From positions 18,662,001 to 18,726,000 of the forward strand of contig OX442314.1 of assembly GCA_949358305.1 (NCBI GenBank): a DNA stretch of 64,000 bases. Reading direction: 5' to 3'. Below the pieces are notes generated by a model. It saw only the letters and a program-made list of their open reading frames with translations, was not told the origin of the DNA and did no database searches. The DNA comes from Strigamia acuminata. Taxonomy: Eukaryota. Shown here in pieces: positions 63,506 through 64,000 of the stretch. The position numbers and the translations under genes were made by a program. Every line of letters begins with the position of its first letter. Position 1 is the stretch's first letter.

Positions 63506-63940
63506 CTAGTGGCAATGGGATGACGATGAGTACGAGTTCTCATCTCCCATTCACCCAAGGATATGAAAGACTCACCTGACCCCATTATGCTTACTGGGAA
63601 TCCCAGTTGTTCGCCATCCTTTTGATTTAAGATCCTGTTTTTATGTCAAGAACATCAGCCACCCACTTTTAATTGGGTTTTCTGTAATTTTCCCAATCCT
63701 CATTACAAATTCACCGGTTGGGTTCTTACAAGTCCTGCAGAATGCTTCTTTTATTGCTTTGGATAAGATTCTGCCTTTGGGGTCATGAGTCATGGAATAG
63801 AAACGCAAGTACAAGTCAGCGCCTCATTCCACCTTGGGAGGGTAGCTAAAAACCCCATTATAAATTGGCAAATAGTAAGCCTTTTGCTCACAGATGATGC
63901 AAGAGAGCATATCAGTTGGACAAACCTCGAGTGATGCCAT
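63506..63940 (-). pseudogene. Degraded reading frame of unknown origin (145 codons, 4 internal stops, two CxxC motifs)
   Basis: MASLEVCPTDMLSCIICEQKAYYLPIYNGVFSYPPKVE*GADLYLRFYSM..EAFCRTCKNPTGEF..; GC-richer than flanks. Confidence 0.3.
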
Positions 63941-64000
63941 GATTTATATGTATCTCATTTCAAACCTTTGCATGCTTATTGACAAGTGGTTGAGATTATG

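Overview
AT-rich, gene-dense eukaryotic DNA with mostly 50-70 nt GT-AG introns. The proteins look like those of an invertebrate, probably an arthropod (inferred from the Unc-104 and Tdc sequences). Spliced genes, left to right: uncharacterised MYND-like zinc-finger gene A (+), FHAD1-like (-), LZIC (+), kinesin-3 unc-104/KIF1A (-), OTUD3 (-), COPS7 (+), a WD40 protein with an N-terminal PYM/eIF2A-like hairpin and a CaaX end (-), ASB3 (+), MYND-like paralog B (-), MPEG1/perforin-2 (+), an apparently EF-hand-less SCaMC carrier (-), a miniature laminin-alpha-like gene with an LN domain joined directly to a coiled coil (-), and tyrosine decarboxylase (+). There are four non-autonomous DNA-transposon (MITE) candidates. 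The first ~9 kb is largely non-coding. The most notable observations are the mini-laminin architecture, the two-member MYND-like family, the unusual WD40 protein, a candidate 3-nt microexon in the kinesin K-loop, three alternative last exons of COPS7 and a MITE inserted inside a 3' splice site. Exon boundaries were inferred by eye and no database searches were run.
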